A DNA stretch of 64,000 nucleotides from Octopus sinensis (GCF_006345805.1 NC_043007.1:14074001-14138000), one strand, 5' to 3'; shown: positions 28,316 to 43,453, counted from the stretch's first letter. Notes: generated by a model from the sequence alone, not told the origin. Numbers and translations: made by a program.

Positions 28316-28661
28316 GGATAGTTTATATAATATATATATCTGTATGTGAGGACACATGGCCTATTGGTTAGGGTGTTTCATTGTTCAATTTATCCTTCTT
28401 TATTTAAATGGGCACGATTTGTTTTCGAGAGATTTAGCTGTTATTTCTAGAAGAGAAAAGACCACGTAGCAGCTTCCTCGTAATTGTCATCGTCGTTATT
28501 AGTGTTTAGCATCAGGTCAACACGACACAGATCTTTGATCAAAGGTATTCCAATCGTGACTTTCTTATTTTTGTTTTACTTAAGACTTCATCGTACTTAC
28601 TGAGTCGAAGTTTTGCTGCTTCCATCCGCCTGTCGATACCCCCCCCCGTCCGTCCATCGGT

Positions 28662-29470
28662 GCTCTCGCCGTCCTGTCACCGCTGACACGTCGCTCTCCT
28701 CTTCCTGCAGCTCCCTGACGGATCGGCTACCAGACTTTGTGATGACATGCGCATGCATGAATGTGTGTTTGTGTATGTGTGTCTGTTTTATTGTTTCATT
28801 GTTTTATCCGTGTATGTTTTAGTCGTTTTAACCGTCGTCCCGGTGAAAGCCGCCAGGCTTACGGCGCCCACTGCTTTCTGCTTTATCACATTGGCAGAAG
28901 TGCGGTTCGTCGCTCATGTTCCTACGTGTCATTTCTCATTTAAGATGTAATTTGAGGCAATATAGTTGTTATTTCTAACTGTTTGAGCAACCGTACAGAG
29001 CTTTCTCTGAATCTCTCGTCATATCGTAAGGCCGTCGGCAAGATACAGCGGCGCTCTCGCCGTCCTGTCACCGTTGATACGTCGCTCTCCTCTTCCTGCA
29101 GCTCCCCGACGGATCGGCAACCAGCCTTTATGATGGCATGCGCATGTATGAATGTATGTTTGTGTGTGTGTGTCTGTCTGTTTTATTGTTTCATTGTTTT
29201 ATCCGTGTATGTTTTAGTCGTTTTAACCGTCGTCCCGGTGAAAGCCGCCAGGTTTACGGCGCCCACTGCTTTCTGCTTTATCACATTGGCAGAAGTGCAG
29301 TTCGTCGCTCATGTTCCAACGTGTCATTTCTCATTTAAGACGTTAAGATGTAATTTGAGGCAATATAGTTGTTATTTCTAACAGTTTGAGCAACCGTACA
29401 GAGCTTCCTCTGGATCTCTCGTCATCTCGTATGGCCGCCGTGTCTTACCGACGGTAAGACACGGCGGCGC
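28662..29470. repeat. Direct tandem duplication of a 391-bp CpG-rich unit ending in a perfect hairpin
   Basis: GCTCTCGCCGTCCTGTCACC starts at both 28662 and 29053; 16-bp stem at 29434-29468. Confidence 0.9.
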
Positions 29471-30085
29471 TTGCGATTAATTATATAGAGATAAACTTTT
29501 CGTCATATGACACCATAAACTGGTTTTGAAATCTTATGACATTTTCACAGAATCGTACTAATTCTAAAGACATAAATATCACACAGTCTTATAGAGACCT
29601 GGCAACTACGAAAGAAAATAATTATGACATACGCTTGGGTTTCGTGCGTGTAATATAGTGACTAAAAAAAATGCTTCTTCAACTAAGAATAACTATGCAA
29701 TGAATAAGCTGAAGTTTTTCTATTACATATGTGAAACCTTACCGTATGCGTTGTTAATATGCAGAACGCTCCCCCAGGGTACTTTCTCTCAACCGTAATG
29801 TCGATAATTATAAGAAATTTAATTTTGGTAACTTAGTATTATCGTTGTGATAACGTTCATTTAATCACCTATGTGTAAGCGGAGTTATCTTACATCACGG
29901 CTCAACACACACCTGTACACTCAAAGAGACAAAACCTAATCTTTGCTCTAAGCATTTCTACACCCACGGGCACAAATAAACACCTTATATTGTCGTTCAA
30001 TTCTACCTTTGCTCATACTTTTTCCCTGAATCAAGTCTTATATACCAGTTAGCTCCTACCTATCACTTGACGTGTATATATATAT

Positions 30086-30126
<41 letters not shown>

Positions 30127-30130
<4 letters not shown>

Positions 30131-30447
30131 CCCCGGGCCGACCAATGCCTTGTGAGTGGATTTGGTAGACGGAAACTGAAAGAAGCCTGTCGTATATATG
30201 TATATTTATAAGTGTGTGTGTGTATATGTTTGTGTGTCTGTGTTTGTCCCCTAGCATTGCTTGACAACCGATGCTGGTATGTTTACGTCCCCGTCACTTA
30301 GCGGTTCGGCAAAGAGACCGATAGAATAAGTACTGGGCTTACAAAAGTAATAAGTCCCGGGGTCGAGTTGCTCGATTAAAGGCGGTGCTCCAGCATGGCC
30401 ACAGTCAAATGACTGAAACAAGTAAAAGAGTAAAAGAGTAAAAGAGT
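30127..30447 (+). mobile_element. SINE family B lacking the tRNA head
   Basis: Starts at TATAGCCCCGGGCCGACC; ends in (GAGTAAAA)n. Confidence 0.88.
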
Positions 30448-30458
30448 ATATATATATA

Positions 30459-30572
30459 CGGTAGTGCCTCGGTTTTCGAACAACTCAGATCACGAATAAA
30501 TCGTGCTATATATATATATATAAAGTACGATTCATTCATGATTAGAGGCGTTCGTAAACCGAGGTACTACTG
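30459..30572. mobile_element. Small pogo/Tigger-like MITE with TA TSD
   Basis: TA|CGGTAGTGCCTCGGTTTTCGAAC ... GTTCGTAAACCGAGGTACTACTG|TA; a partial second copy of the right half lies at 30602-30652. Confidence 0.75.
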
Positions 30573-30884
30573 TATTAAATGAATATGAGAAAGACAGGAG
30601 ATAAAGTACGATTTATTCGTGATGAGAGTTGTTCGAAAACCGAGGTTCTATTGTGTATGTGTGCGTGTGTGTGTGTATCTTTGTGAATGTGTTTGTCCCA
30701 CACCATCGCTTGACAACTGCCATTTGCGTGTTTACGGCCTGTAACTCAACAGTTCGGCAAAAGAGCCTGATAGAATAAGTACCAAGCTATAAAAGATTCA
30801 TGAAAGCAATGCTGTAGCATGGCGGCAGCCAAATAGCTTAAAGAAGTCATTTGTGGCCATAATAAAAGAGAAACGATAGATAGA

Positions 30885-30942
30885 TAGATATGTTTCTTTA
30901 TTAGCTACACAGGGCTGCACACAGATAGAACAAATTACAAGG

Positions 30943-31034
<92 letters not shown>

Positions 31035-31059
31035 TAGAAAGATAGATAGATAGATAGAT

Positions 31060-31093
<34 letters not shown>

Positions 31094-31095
31094 AG

Positions 31096-31157
<62 letters not shown>

Positions 31158-31236
31158 GATAGATAGATAAGATAGATAGATAGATAGATAAGATAGGATA
31201 AGATAGATAAGACAGACAGACAGACAGACAGACAGA
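30885..31236. repeat. (GATA)n/(GACA)n microsatellite
   Basis: Direct reading; similar tracts at 28240-28320, 34935-35450 and 36170-36250. Confidence 0.95.
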
Positions 31237-31660
31237 TATTGCTAACGTCATAATAATTTTTAAGCTTTCGAGAAAACTAAAAGCAATTTTTCTATTTCAG
31301 GATGGTCATTTTCTCTTTTCCTTTTTTTCTCTTTTTCCCAATGAATACCCGCACTATTTATTTGATGTTCACTTTAACTTTATTACCAGACTCGTTTCGT
31401 CACTCATTCAGTGACCTCTTCAATGATTTTTTCCATTCCTCGTGTCTTTATTCCTCTTTGGTTGTGTCTTGTCGATTCCATTTTTGCCTTTCATGTTTGA
31501 AAAGGTGGATCTCGGATCAGATGATAAAAGCTATAATTAATAGCATGTAAAACAATGGGCTGAAAACCCATTTGCATAGAAAAAAAAGCCTGCTTTGCAA
31601 AATCAGAATTATAAATGTGTTTTTGTGTGCGTCTGTATGTGCGCGTGTGTGTGCATACGC

Positions 31661-31718
<58 letters not shown>

Positions 31719-31824
31719 TATATATATTATTAGGATAATAAAAATTATAGAAATTATTATTACCAGTGGCCTAGCACAAAAAAATGGTCAGATGACTATA
31801 TATTATTCACATAAAAATATCGTG

Positions 31825-31991
<167 letters not shown>

Positions 31992-32040
31992 TATATATAT
32001 ATATAATTATATATATATATATATAGATATATATATATAT

Positions 32041-32078
<38 letters not shown>

Positions 32079-32336
32079 TGCAGACACATACATGCAGACA
32101 GACAAAATCTTTTTTTTATTTTTTGTTTTTCTTTGAAAGATTTATTTCTAAAGACAAAATAATCGAACCGGTGATTGTCTTAAATAAAAAGACATCAAGA
32201 CAATACGACTCTCCCCAGACACAATAAAATAATGTCATGTGATGCGTTTAAATATTCATGCAGTGAGCAGTTTTTAACGCTTAGGCATTTTACTAATGAG
32301 TGCACACAAATAAAACGATATAATGAGGGAAATCTA

Positions 32337-32903
32337 TTGAGTTGTCCGGAAAGTTCGTGCCGATTTATAGTAGCTTACCTTTCGACTTATTTTAGAACAT
32401 GGTTGAGTCCATAATATAGGATTTGGCTACACCTCCATTTAGAGCACAGTTTAAGCTATTTTTCGTAAAAGAAGATTTATGTTCCTATAACCTGTGTTAA
32501 TTCTGTAACTCTTTAAAATGGAAGATAAGAAAGTTCAGTTTCGGCACTTGATGCTTTGGGAACCAGAAAAAAAATTGATGCAGCTCGGCTGGGATGTGTT
32601 ACCCCACCCTCCATATTCACCAGATATTGCTCCTTCGGATTTCCACTTATTCAGGTCTCTGCAGAATAGTCTTAATGGTAAAAATTTCAATTCCTTGGAT
32701 GACGTAAAAAGATACCTTGATGAATTCTTTGCCATGAAACCACCTCAATTCTGGCAAGAGGGTATTTTCAGATTAAAGGAAGGATGGAGACGCATTGTGC
32801 AACAAAATGGTTCATATTTGATTGATTTATTGACCTTTTTTGAAGTATTTATTGACATTTTTCTTTCCTTTAAAAATCGGCACGAACTTTCCGGACAACC
32901 CAA
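32337..32903 (+). mobile_element. Internally deleted mariner transposon
   Basis: 30-bp TIRs TTGAGTTGTCCGGAAAGTTCGTGCCGATTT (1 mismatch) with TA on both sides. The ORF at 32518 contains WDVLPHPPYSPDIAPSDFHLFRSL. Confidence 0.95.
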
Positions 32904-32927
32904 TATTTATCTTTGAGATGCGAGTGC

Positions 32928-32990
<63 letters not shown>

Positions 32991-33150
32991 GCGTCGTGTA
33001 CTTGTATACCAGTGCTGTTATTGTTTAGCCACAGGTCATCGCTGACCAAGCAGACTTGTAGTCAGAAGAGTTTCAACTATGCCAATCGCATCTTTGTGCG
33101 TACCAGGAACTGTATTACCCAACGTTCCATCTGATGTAGTGAATTTATAA

Positions 33151-33370
33151 TACTGTTCGTCCGTTGTTGTCAACGATGACCAAAGATATAACGTGGGAGA
33201 AGATGGATCGCGGTGCGTCCGGCTATAGCCGATCAAACCAATGCGTACTGGGATGGTTCTGCCGCAGGTCGGGCACTGTTGATGTGCTGGGAATAAAGGC
33301 AAGCAGTTGGCTCTAGACTTTCATTTTCTCTGTACTCCTGCGATCATATTCTGCACGTAGGAGGTGGCAT
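33151..33370 (-). mobile_element. RTE-clade LINE 3' end (C2H2-like motif and 3' UTR)
   Basis: QRK*KSRANCLPLFPAHQQCPTCGRTIPVRIGLIGYSRTHR followed by GTCATCGTTGACAACAACGGACGAAC. Confidence 0.85.
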
Positions 33371-33720
33371 CTATGTTGAAAATCACCAAGCAAGGCAAGG
33401 TCGCAGGTACAGAGGTCCTTTTTCGAGTTGATCTGCCGAGCTTTCACACATTACTGAGAAGAGTGCGAATCAGGTGGGCAGGGCACCTTGTTCGAATGCT
33501 TGACACACGACTACCCAAAAGACTGTTTTCCCGTAAATTGGTAAAAGACAAGCGCACACAGGGTAGGCAGGAAAAGCGCTTCAAAGCTACAATCAAAGCC
33601 TCATTGAAGTCCTTTCACCTGGGAAATGCAAGCACATGACAGCCCTGCCTGGCATCGCTGCACCAACCGAAATGCCACCTCCTATGACCATAATGAGATC
33701 GGAGGAAAACAAAGAAAATA
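33371..33720 (+). mobile_element. RTE-clade LINE ORF fragment (C-terminal to RT)
   Basis: RVRIRWAGHLVRMLDTRLPKRLF...GRQEKRFKATIKASLK, a typical RTE/BovB C-terminal block. Confidence 0.88.
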
Positions 33721-34101
33721 TACTGAGAATGACCTTATGGTGACACACTCGTTTCTAGCTGGACTTAGATATACCGGCATTTGCGTACATTTGCATCACG
33801 ATGTGTATGCTAATGCATGAGTAAATATGAGTGTGTGTATGTATGTATTGTATGTTTACTCACATTAGATATATATATAAAACAGGACATAAATATACGT
33901 TAATTTTTAGCGCCCTTGCTGATGAAGAACACGGATAACAAATTATATATTTTTGTTCATTAATCTTCGAAACCTAGGTACAAATGGTAACTATTGAAAA
34001 TATTTCTATTTTTCAGTCTCTTCGAAATCACTCTTAACCGTGGGTTGGACTTTGTTCCTTTTATCATGTAAGGTATCCTGTTAGGGTCACCTTTTGTGTA
34101 T

Positions 34102-34578
34102 TTGTTGTGACCCCCTTCGGTCATGAATGACCATGGGATTGCACCTAGAAAGTTAGCCTCCGAGGCACAAGTCTGGGCAAGGTTGTTTATGGAAGACCAA
34201 CAGTCGCCCATGAATACCAGCCTCTCCTCTCCACGCCACCGATGGAAAAGGTAAAGGCCGATACAGCTTGGCACCAGTGACGTCGCAGCTCTCCACAGAC
34301 ACGTGTACCGTTAACATAGTTCTCGGGGAGATTCAGCGTGACACAGAGTGTGATAAGGCTAGTCCTTTGAAATAGATACAACAGAAACAGGAAGAAAGAA
34401 TGAGAGAAAGTTGTGGTGAAAGAGTGCAGCTGGGTTCGCCACCACACGCTACCGGAGCCTCGTGGAGCTTTAGGTGTTTTCGCTCAATAAACACTCACAA
34501 TGTCCGGTCTGGGAATCGAAACCGCGATCCTACAACCGCGAATCCGCTGCCCTAACCACTGGGCCATTGCGCCTCCAC
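34102..34578 (-). mobile_element. SINE head A with part of tail 1 then tail 5
   Basis: 11-bp TSD CTTTTGTGTAT at 34091-34101 and 34579-34589. Confidence 0.88.
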
Positions 34579-34950
34579 CTTTTGTGTATAAATGTACACT
34601 AATTTTATATAATATGTTGCCTATTCACTACTTTATGCATGCTAGCCACTGGTATAAAATTTCTCTAATTTTCTTTCCTATATAATTTTATATATATATA
34701 AGAAACAAGTCTAAAATAATGATGACTAAGGTGATCCATCTGTTTGTTAGATATTTTCTTTACCTTGTTTTTCTAATTTATTAAATATACACTTTCAGGT
34801 ATTTATGTCTCGTCTACACAGGTGCATACATCTATATTTGAATTTATGTCAATATACAGGTGTTAATTTGCTTTGTATGTATTTAGGTGCTTCGCTCTCC
34901 CCCTTCCTCTATCTCTCCCTCTATCTCTTTTCACCATAGATAGACAGACC

Positions 34951-35044
<94 letters not shown>

Positions 35045-35116
35045 CGGACGGACGGACGGACGGATGGATGGGTGGGTGGTTGGATTGATGGATGGATGGA
35101 TGGATTTTTAGATAGA

Positions 35117-35154
<38 letters not shown>

Positions 35155-35177
35155 ACAGACAGACAGACAGACAGATC

Positions 35178-35227
<50 letters not shown>

Positions 35228-35265
35228 CAGAAGATAGATAGATAGAAGATAGATAGATAGATAGA

Positions 35266-35333
<68 letters not shown>

Positions 35334-35385
35334 CAGACAGACAGACAGACAGACGACAGACAGACAGACAGACAGACAGATAGAT

Positions 35386-35448
<63 letters not shown>

Positions 35449-35640
35449 TACTATGTCTGTATACTATTTCCCTGTCTTGATCTTTTTCTCCCCACAAGAC
35501 TGCTGACGTTCCATATATTTTTTGCTCTCCGACCGTTTCTCATTTCTTCCGCTACTCTTCTTTCCTCTTCTTACCTTTCTTTCTTCTTCTCTCCCACTCA
35601 CATTCCCTCCCTTTCCATCCTCTTTCACTCATTCGCTCTC

Positions 35641-35690
<50 letters not shown>

Positions 35691-36182
35691 CTAATCCCAG
35701 TTTGTTTATTTTTCAATATCAGTTAACATTTAACGAGGAGTTTACGGCACATAAATCGTATTCCGTTGTTTGAATTATTTGATTTATCTTTTACCTTGAT
35801 GCACAAAATCACCAGTTTTCAGACAGTATATTGATTTACTAATTACCTCACAGTATTAAGTTCCATTTTCTTAGTTCAAATCCAAATCCTGTGGAGTGCA
35901 ATAAACGTTAATCTATTTGTTATACCTCGGGATCCATGCAATAAAGAAATGGAACGAGTGGGCGCGGTTGTTTAGACGCTATTGGGCAGCGGCTGACTGG
36001 ACATTCAGCCCGTTTGGGTGACAGTACTTTTGGGCCCTAGAGGAAAGCACGCGCAGAAAACGCACATATAGCGAGAGATTACAATTTATTAATTGGACAC
36101 GATTGACATAAACCCTTCTCTCTCCTCAGACACATGAAGAGAAATAGGTTTACATACATAAAGAGAGAGGAGACAGACAGAC

Positions 36183-36217
<35 letters not shown>

Positions 36218-36359
36218 AAGACAGACAGACAGACAGACAGATAGACAGGCAGAGGGAAAATGAGGTGAATGAGAGAACCATTAAAACGTCTGATGTCAAA
36301 CAAGTCAGCATCGAATCAACGAACAAATGGGCAACACTGAAACGGTTATGCCAGAACAT

Positions 36360-36590
36360 AGGCGGCAAACTGGCAGAAACGTTAGCACGCCGGGCGAAAT
36401 GCGTAGCCGTATTTCGTCTGCCGTTACGTTCTGTGTTCAAATTCCGCCGAGGTCGACTTTGCCTTTCATCCTTTCGGGGTCGATAAATTAAGTACCAGTT
36501 ACGCTCTGGGGTCGATATAATCGACTTAATTCGTCTGTCTGTCCTTGTTTGACTCCTCTGCGTTTAGCCCCTTGTGGGTAGTAAAGAAAT
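36360..36590 (+). mobile_element. SINE family C monomer
   Basis: GGCGGCAAACTGGCAGAAACGTTAGC ... GGGTAGTAAAGAAAT. Confidence 0.88.
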
Positions 36591-38009
36591 CGGTTATGCC
36601 AGAACATTTCACACGCATGAAATATTTACCATAGTAAATCCTTCTTAACATTTTCACCGCTATTTTCCGGTATTTTTCTTTAAGAACTTTTATTTCGTAC
36701 TCTGCACCCTTCGAAGTTTTGTCTGTTATCTGCACTTTCAAGCCCTTCGAGTTTAAGAAAAATGTTTTTTCTTGCTCCCCATTCTTACGAAGTGTGCTCT
36801 GGTACCTTTGTTCCTCAATAAATTTTCTGTGCTACCATTACCTATCCGTAGGAAATTTTAATATCTCATTTTCATCCCCCTTGAGAAATGTTAACTGGTA
36901 CTTTTCCACCCACTTTAAAGATTTCGTACATGATACCTAGTGACAAAAAAATATTTAGTATCAAAAACAGCAGGTTAGATGTTGTTTACAGAGAGACAGA
37001 TACGCTGCTTTTCGATATTTTAGTTCCAGTGTCATGTTTCATATTCAACAGACATGAAAGTAATGTGCTTAGAGAAGATAAGCAGTTGTAATAGATTAAA
37101 TCACACAAACGTACCGCCAGTATTTATTTTACCTTCATATTCCCTTAGAATAACGAAAGTGAAAGTAGCTTTCGACCTGATTTGAATTCAGATCTTAGAG
37201 CATGGGAGACCTATATAAGCCTTTCTATTGTAGACACAAGGACTGAAATCTTGGAGAAAGGGGCTAGACGATTATTTCGGCCCCTGTGCTCAAATAGTGC
37301 ATATTTCATCGACATCGAAAGGATAAAAGCTTAAGTCGACCTTGGCGTCATTTGAACTCAGAACGCAAAGACTGACCAAATGGCGCAAAGCATTTTGTCC
37401 GGCGTGTTACAATTCTGCTACTTCACCGCCTTAGGGAGACCTATATAATACCTTTGATTCGGCAATCAGCTGCTTCGGTTTTTCCAGCAGTGTAAAATAA
37501 CGATTTGCATACAATAATACAGGACTCCTAAAGAATACTTATTTTAACAGCCCCAGAATAACAAAAAAAACAAGTTGATCTCGATGTGACTTTGAACTCA
37601 GAACGGAAAGAAATGCAACAACATACGCAGGATATTTCGTCTGTTGCTCTACCGATTATACCAATCCAATCCATTCTTATCTATGATAATATCATAATGT
37701 AATCGATATTACAAGCTGCAAGCTCTGATCATTGCAGTTTCTATAGAATTCGATATAAAAAATACAGAATGACTGTTGCCATGGATATCAGCCATCCTTT
37801 GAACTCTTACTCTTTCCACTTCTTCTTTCTCATCTCTTCATTCGTATTCTTTCTCCTTATCTACTCTTTCTCTCTCTCTCTCTCTCTATCTCACTCTCTC
37901 TCTCTCTTTCTCTCTCTCTCTCTGTGTAAATATATGTATATATATCTTACATATGTGTGTGTGTATATATATTTATATATATAAAATAATAATATAATAT
38001 ATAAATATA

Positions 38010-38041
<32 letters not shown>

Positions 38042-38065
38042 TATATTTATATCTGTATATATATT

Positions 38066-38144
<79 letters not shown>

Positions 38145-38209
38145 AGAGCAAAAGAAAAATTCTAATGCCAAATATGCCGAAAAAATACAAAATGTATATA
38201 TATAAAAAG

Positions 38210-38247
<38 letters not shown>

Positions 38248-38250
<3 letters not shown>

Positions 38251-38618
38251 TGTACATTTAAACACATAAGAGGCATCCATCATGGGATTCCTTTCACGCT
38301 AGAAGGAACAGCTAAAATCCAAACCACTATTAGTGATAAAACCTCGAAGCGAATGGAAAATAAAAACATTTACCATCTATCTCCTGGACTTCATCAACAG
38401 GTCTTCATCAACAGGTACCTGTTGATGAAAACTTCGCCTAGCAAATTATTTTATTTGCTAAAAAGTCTGAAATCATGGCCCAGGAGAGAGATGTTAAATA
38501 TTTTTTTTTTCATTCCCTTCGAGTTTTTATCCCTAATAGTAGTTTGGACTTTAGCTGTTCCTTCTAGCGTGAAAGGAATCCTATGACGGATACCTCTTAT
38601 GTGTTTAAATGTACACTG
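38248..38618. mobile_element. Fold-back MITE with about 140-bp arms and CAGTG termini (Tc1/mariner-like)
   Basis: TA|CAGTGTACATTTAAACACATAAGAGG... mirrored by ...CCTCTTATGTGTTTAAATGTACACTG. Confidence 0.85.
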
Positions 38619-39459
38619 CATTTATATGAATAATATATAGTCAATTGACTAATTTTTCTACGCGCTAGGCTACAGGTAGTAAAAATCTTTATTACCCTGA
38701 TATTATTAATATATATCCTTATATATTTATATATTATATATTTATATATTTTATATCGTATCTTATATCTAAAGAATAATATGTTATATGTATGTATATT
38801 ATTGTAATTATCAGTTTAGTCAATAAATAAATAAGTTCACAATTTAATGTCTAAAAGTTGATAAATCACCTATTGTTCTCCTCCATTTTCTTATTGCTAT
38901 TTTATATATATATATATATATATATGCAGAGAGAGAGAAAGAAAGGAAAAGAGAAAGATAGGTTGACAGACTTGCAGCAAGACAGAACAACAACGATTAT
39001 TACACGATGGATATTTTTCTCGCTTTCTATTTATTTATTTCGAATGAATACATGCGATATTGCTGATCGATAATTGACCGACATAGAACCATAGCTGGGT
39101 AAAGGACAAATCTTAAATCTAGGCGGGGGGGGTGGGGGGTGAGTCAGTGTCTAGCCTTAAACGATAAGCAATCATGTTGATTACCCGCAGCTAAGGTCCT
39201 GATGCAGCCATCTATAAGATCGTTTTGTCTTTTGGGATGGGATGGAAAGCGTAAAATGAAATATGAATTCGATGCATACTGAGAAGAAGAGATTTGGGGG
39301 GGGGGGGGATTCTGAACATTTGGAGCGGAGCCCTTCTTCGAGCTGCATATGCTGCGTTCGCTGTAGATGCTGTTGTTCGTGGTGGTGGTGGTGGCGGCGG
39401 TGGTCACGTTGGTAGCATATGTGGATCGGCAGTTCTGATTTTTCTTGTAAGTTGACGAT

Positions 39460-41070
<1,611 letters not shown>

Positions 41071-41689
41071 CATAGATCCTTAAGGACAGAACTTACCGCC
41101 ACCCATATTTCACAACTCTTATAAATAATTATTAAGGGTTTTTTGTTGGGTTTTTGTTGGGTTTTTTTGGGGGGGGGTGGCGAGAGGTGATTCTTTACTA
41201 ACACGAACAGTCCCTAATTCCATCGGATCCAAAATTTTTTTCTTTCCTTTTATTTTATTTTCTACATTTTTCGAATCTGTAATGAATAAATATCCCCATC
41301 TTCACAGAGCTCTCAGACACAGCCAGCATCATTCTGTCACATACTTCGCTCCAGTTGTCATGCTTTCTTCTGACCCAATTTGCTGCTACGGTTGGCTGTG
41401 TTAGCTTTCACCTCTCCGTTGCTACTCAATCAAAGATACAGTGGTGGTTTACGCTTCTCCTAATCTGGTTATCTTCTAAGACTGTTGAGGCCAGACTGAT
41501 CGCCAAGTTACATTTCCACTATGACCGCAATAGTGCTTTCTTTTATAAAAATGCTTTAGCAAAGGCTAAAAGTACTTTGCTTCTAATGGTCTTAACAGCA
41601 CACCGGTCACTAACTCGAAATTTCCTGCACTATCAAATCTGTATCCGGAGCTTCAGTACTAAATTGCAGCTATGGTTGTGATACTAAGG

Positions 41690-42185
41690 TGCTAGTTATA
41701 ACTGCTACTATAGTATTAAGAGCTAACAGTAACAAAAATATGTAACTGTATTTGTAACACTGAGGTCTCTTTGTAGTTGTAACAAAAATGTGCTACTGTT
41801 GTTGTATCATTAGCTATAGCTAAGGTGTAGTCGTAACTATAGATCTAATACTAAACTCTAGTTATAGCCGTAACACAAACGTGTAACTGTAACGTTAAAG
41901 TGCACCTATAGCTAACACTGGAACATAGCCGTAACACTGAGCTGTAGTTGTAACACAGATGTGTAACTGTAGTTGTAAATGTAACATTAGTCTTCAAGAT
42001 GTATCTGTAACACTTAGGTTCAACTGTAACACTGGGTTACAGTTTAGACTGCAGCTGTAACACTAAGCTATGGTTTGATTTGTAACACAAATGTGTGGTT
42101 GTAACTGTAGCTGTAACACTAATGTGCAGTTTTATCTGTAGCTATAAGCCGTAACACTTAAATGTAACTTTCGCTGTAACCCTCA
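41690..42185. repeat. Decayed minisatellite with a recurring GTAACAC core
   Basis: About ten exact GTAACAC and many GTAAC motifs separated by variable spacers. Confidence 0.7.
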
Positions 42186-42211
42186 TGTGAAGTTATATGG
42201 AATATCAATAT

Positions 42212-42539
42212 ATAGGAGCACTCCGTCGGTTACGACGATGAGGGTCCCAGCTGATACGATCAACGAACAGCTTGCTCGTGAAATTAACGTGCAAGTGACT
42301 GAGCAATCCACAGACACGTGTACCCTTAACATAGTTCTCAGTGAGATTCAGTGTGACACAGAGTGTGACAAGGCTGGCCATTTGAAATACAGGTAACACT
42401 CATTTTTGCCAGCTGAGTGAACTGGAGCATCGTGAAATAAAGTGTCTTGCTCAAGGACACAACGCGTCACCGGGAATCGAATTCACGACTTTACAATCGT
42501 GAGCCGAATGCCCTAACCACTAAGCCACGCGCCTTCACA
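42212..42539 (-). mobile_element. Chimeric SINE: head B joined to tail 1
   Basis: Head matches 14217-14487; from ACCTGTATTTCAAA onward it matches the tails at 49455 and 57290. Confidence 0.87.
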
Positions 42540-42567
42540 TGGGATATAACTTTATAAATATATATAC

Positions 42568-42632
<65 letters not shown>

Positions 42633-42855
42633 TATATATATATGGAATATTTGTTGTTGTATCAGTAATGTGTAATTCTAAGCTGTTACACTAAAATGTA
42701 AGGTTGTCGTTGTTAGCCCCAGGCTATCCTTGATCGAGTATATCTATGGTCAATGACAACCCAATCGTGACCGTCTCCTATTTTTATCTTCATGGAACCC
42801 AAGACCACATTATTCAACTTAACCTTTCCTAAGGCGGTAGGATGCGATTTAAGAA

Positions 42856-43453
42856 GGCGGCGAGCTGGCAGAATAGTTAGCACGCCGGCGAAATGCTTAG
42901 CGGTATTTCGTCTGCCGCTACGTTCTGAGTCCAAATTCCGCCGAGGTCGACCTTGCCTTTCATCCTTTCGGGGTCGATTAAATAAGTACCAATTACGCAC
43001 TGGGGTCAATATAATCGACTTAATACCTATGTCTGTCCTTGTTTGTCCCCTCTATGTTTAGCCCCTTGTGGGTAATAAAGAAATAGGTATTTCGTCTGCC
43101 GTTACGTTCTGAGTTCAAATTCCGCCGAGGTCGACTTTGCCTTTCATCCTTTCGGGGTCGATTAAATAAGTACCAGTTACGCACTGGGGTCGATATAATC
43201 GACTTAATCCGTTTGTCTGTCCTTGTTTGTCCCCTCTGTGTTTAGCCCCTTGTGGGTAGTAAAGAAATAGGTATTTCGTCTGCCGCTACGTTCTGAATTC
43301 AAATTCCGCCGAGGTCGATTTTGCCTTTCATCCTTTTGGGGTCGATAAATTAAGTACCAGTTACGCACTGGGGTCGATATAATCGACTTAATTGGTCTGT
43401 CTGTCCTTGTTTGTCTCCTCTGTGTTTAGCCCCTTGTGGGCAGTAAAGAAATA
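42856..43453 (+). mobile_element. SINE family C trimer (head plus three 184-bp units) inside one TSD
   Basis: GTATTTCG unit starts at 42903, 43087 and 43271. 20-bp TSD GGTAGGATGCGATT(T/C)AAGAA at 42836-42855 and 43454-43473. Confidence 0.92.

Noticed and set aside
34017-34067. Possible 51-nt plus-strand exon (TTTTTCAG...CAT|GTAAGG)
   Set aside because: Splice-like signals only; the peptide LFEITLNRGLDFVPFI is unrecognised and there are no partner exons.
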